Shown: in pieces, positions 62,964 to 64,000 of the stretch
Numbering within the stretch: position 1 is the first letter of the stretch
Layout of the letters: each line of letters starts with the position of its first letter
Assembly (NCBI GenBank): GCA_021432655.1
Contig: MU271191.1
Coordinates: forward strand, 1 to 64,000
Origin: Atractiella rhizophila
Taxonomy: Eukaryota
Length of the DNA: 64,000 nt
Direction of reading: 5' to 3'
Position numbers and translations under genes: made by a program
The notes under the pieces: generated by a model
Database searches by the model: none
What the model was told of the DNA's origin: nothing
The model's input: only the letters and a program-made list of their open reading frames with translations

Positions 62964-63930
62964 TCAGCGCCGAGCACGAGGGCTGGCATGATCTTGATCA
63001 TGGACAAAATATAGATCGGTCGAACGATGGAACGAATGAAGTGCAAAAGCCTTCAAGACCTGGCAGTCATCGATCAGAATCGGAGGGTCAAGAGGCGCGG
63101 AATAATCAGGGGTTCGTCGGTCGGTAATTTTAGGCATTATCACCGATTGATGTGGCTCATCACCCTTCCAAGTCTTCCATTCAAATTCGGAAACATGTAT
63201 TGTCATCAATGATCGGGGCAATATTGACTTCTTCAAGGCAGACTCTTATTTGAGCATTCGGGAAAACTTTGCGAACAAATTGAACGCGTGCGCGTGTGAT
63301 CGCTGACGACGTCCGTCCTGTCTTTCACCAAAGTTGAAACATTGAGACGACTCACCGTGAACGAGTATAAAAAGGGCAACTGTCACAGAGTTCTCACCTA
63401 TTTCTCCTCTCCTTGGCTTGACCAGTATTTCTATCCCTCGATTCAACACAGGATAACTTAACACTCGGAAATGTCACCTACAAGGCGAAGAAGAGCTAAA
63501 TCGAGGTTGGTCTTCTAACCTTAATACGGATACGAAACTGAACAGTTATCGACAGTTGCGTGGTATGATTCTGATTGGTAAATTTTGGAATGGTGACCAA
63601 GAAATTTCCAGCCATACCCCAAAAGAAAGATTCGGTGTGCTAAGGTAAAAAATACTTGCTTGTAGTAGCCGTGATAAAGACTGATCAATTTGTAGAAACT
63701 ACCGCGCCACACCTGTTCGATGTGAGTGAGGCGATTTTACGGCAAGTTTTGAGCCTGAGCGGACGCTGCAGGCGTGCTGCCTGCGAGGAGTCTCACCAAA
63801 GAGCACAAGGCGGTGTACGTTTCTTGACGGTTTAGTAGACTTCGGGTAATTCTAAATACGTTGCAAGTTGAACCACAATCTATTCGATGATGACTCGGCA
63901 CGACGACGTATGTCGATCTTTCTTTCATGA
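62964..63930 (-). CDS. Possible spliced gene of unknown function
   Basis: CpG-retaining sequence. ORFs 63737..63928 and 63521..63712 can be joined through a GTGAGA...CTCAC..CAG intron, with further ORFs down to 62964. No domain recognised. Confidence 0.3.
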
Positions 63931-64000
63931 TTTGTCTGAAACTGTGCTAGTGGTCGTTTTGGAGCAGCAGGTTCATCGTTTGCGAGAAGAGCAAGCAAGA

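Overview
Eukaryotic, intron-containing DNA, most consistent with a basidiomycete fungus (18S remnant, FunK1 kinase, WOPR and Rpn8 remnants, TE repertoire). The window is a dense transposable-element graveyard. It holds fragments of Helitron, Ty1/Copia, Ty3/Gypsy, a DIRS/Ngaro tyrosine-recombinase retroelement, a Tad1-like LINE, hAT, pogo/Fot1, a Tc1-like element and CACTA/EnSpm elements, plus two MITE-like elements. Most are broken by stops and frameshifts, many of them CpG-to-TpG changes. Degenerate host-gene copies (Rpn8, Gti1/Pac2 WOPR regulator, FunK1 kinase) and a ~1 kb 18S rDNA pseudogene lie among them. I found no intact, recognisable host gene; possible orphan genes sit at both window ends. 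The best structural signals are: (i) a LINE split by a post-insertion inversion, shown by its 13-bp TSD now lying in inverted orientation; (ii) an intact Tf1-type self-priming signature (11-nt PBS complementary to the predicted transcript 5' end) in a Gypsy LTR; (iii) a nearly perfect 299-bp foldback element with nested hairpins and no TSD; (iv) a hAT MITE with an exact 8-bp TSD. I see no convincing wholly new biological system. All family calls come from motif recognition by eye, not database searches, and coordinates of degenerate fragments are approximate.
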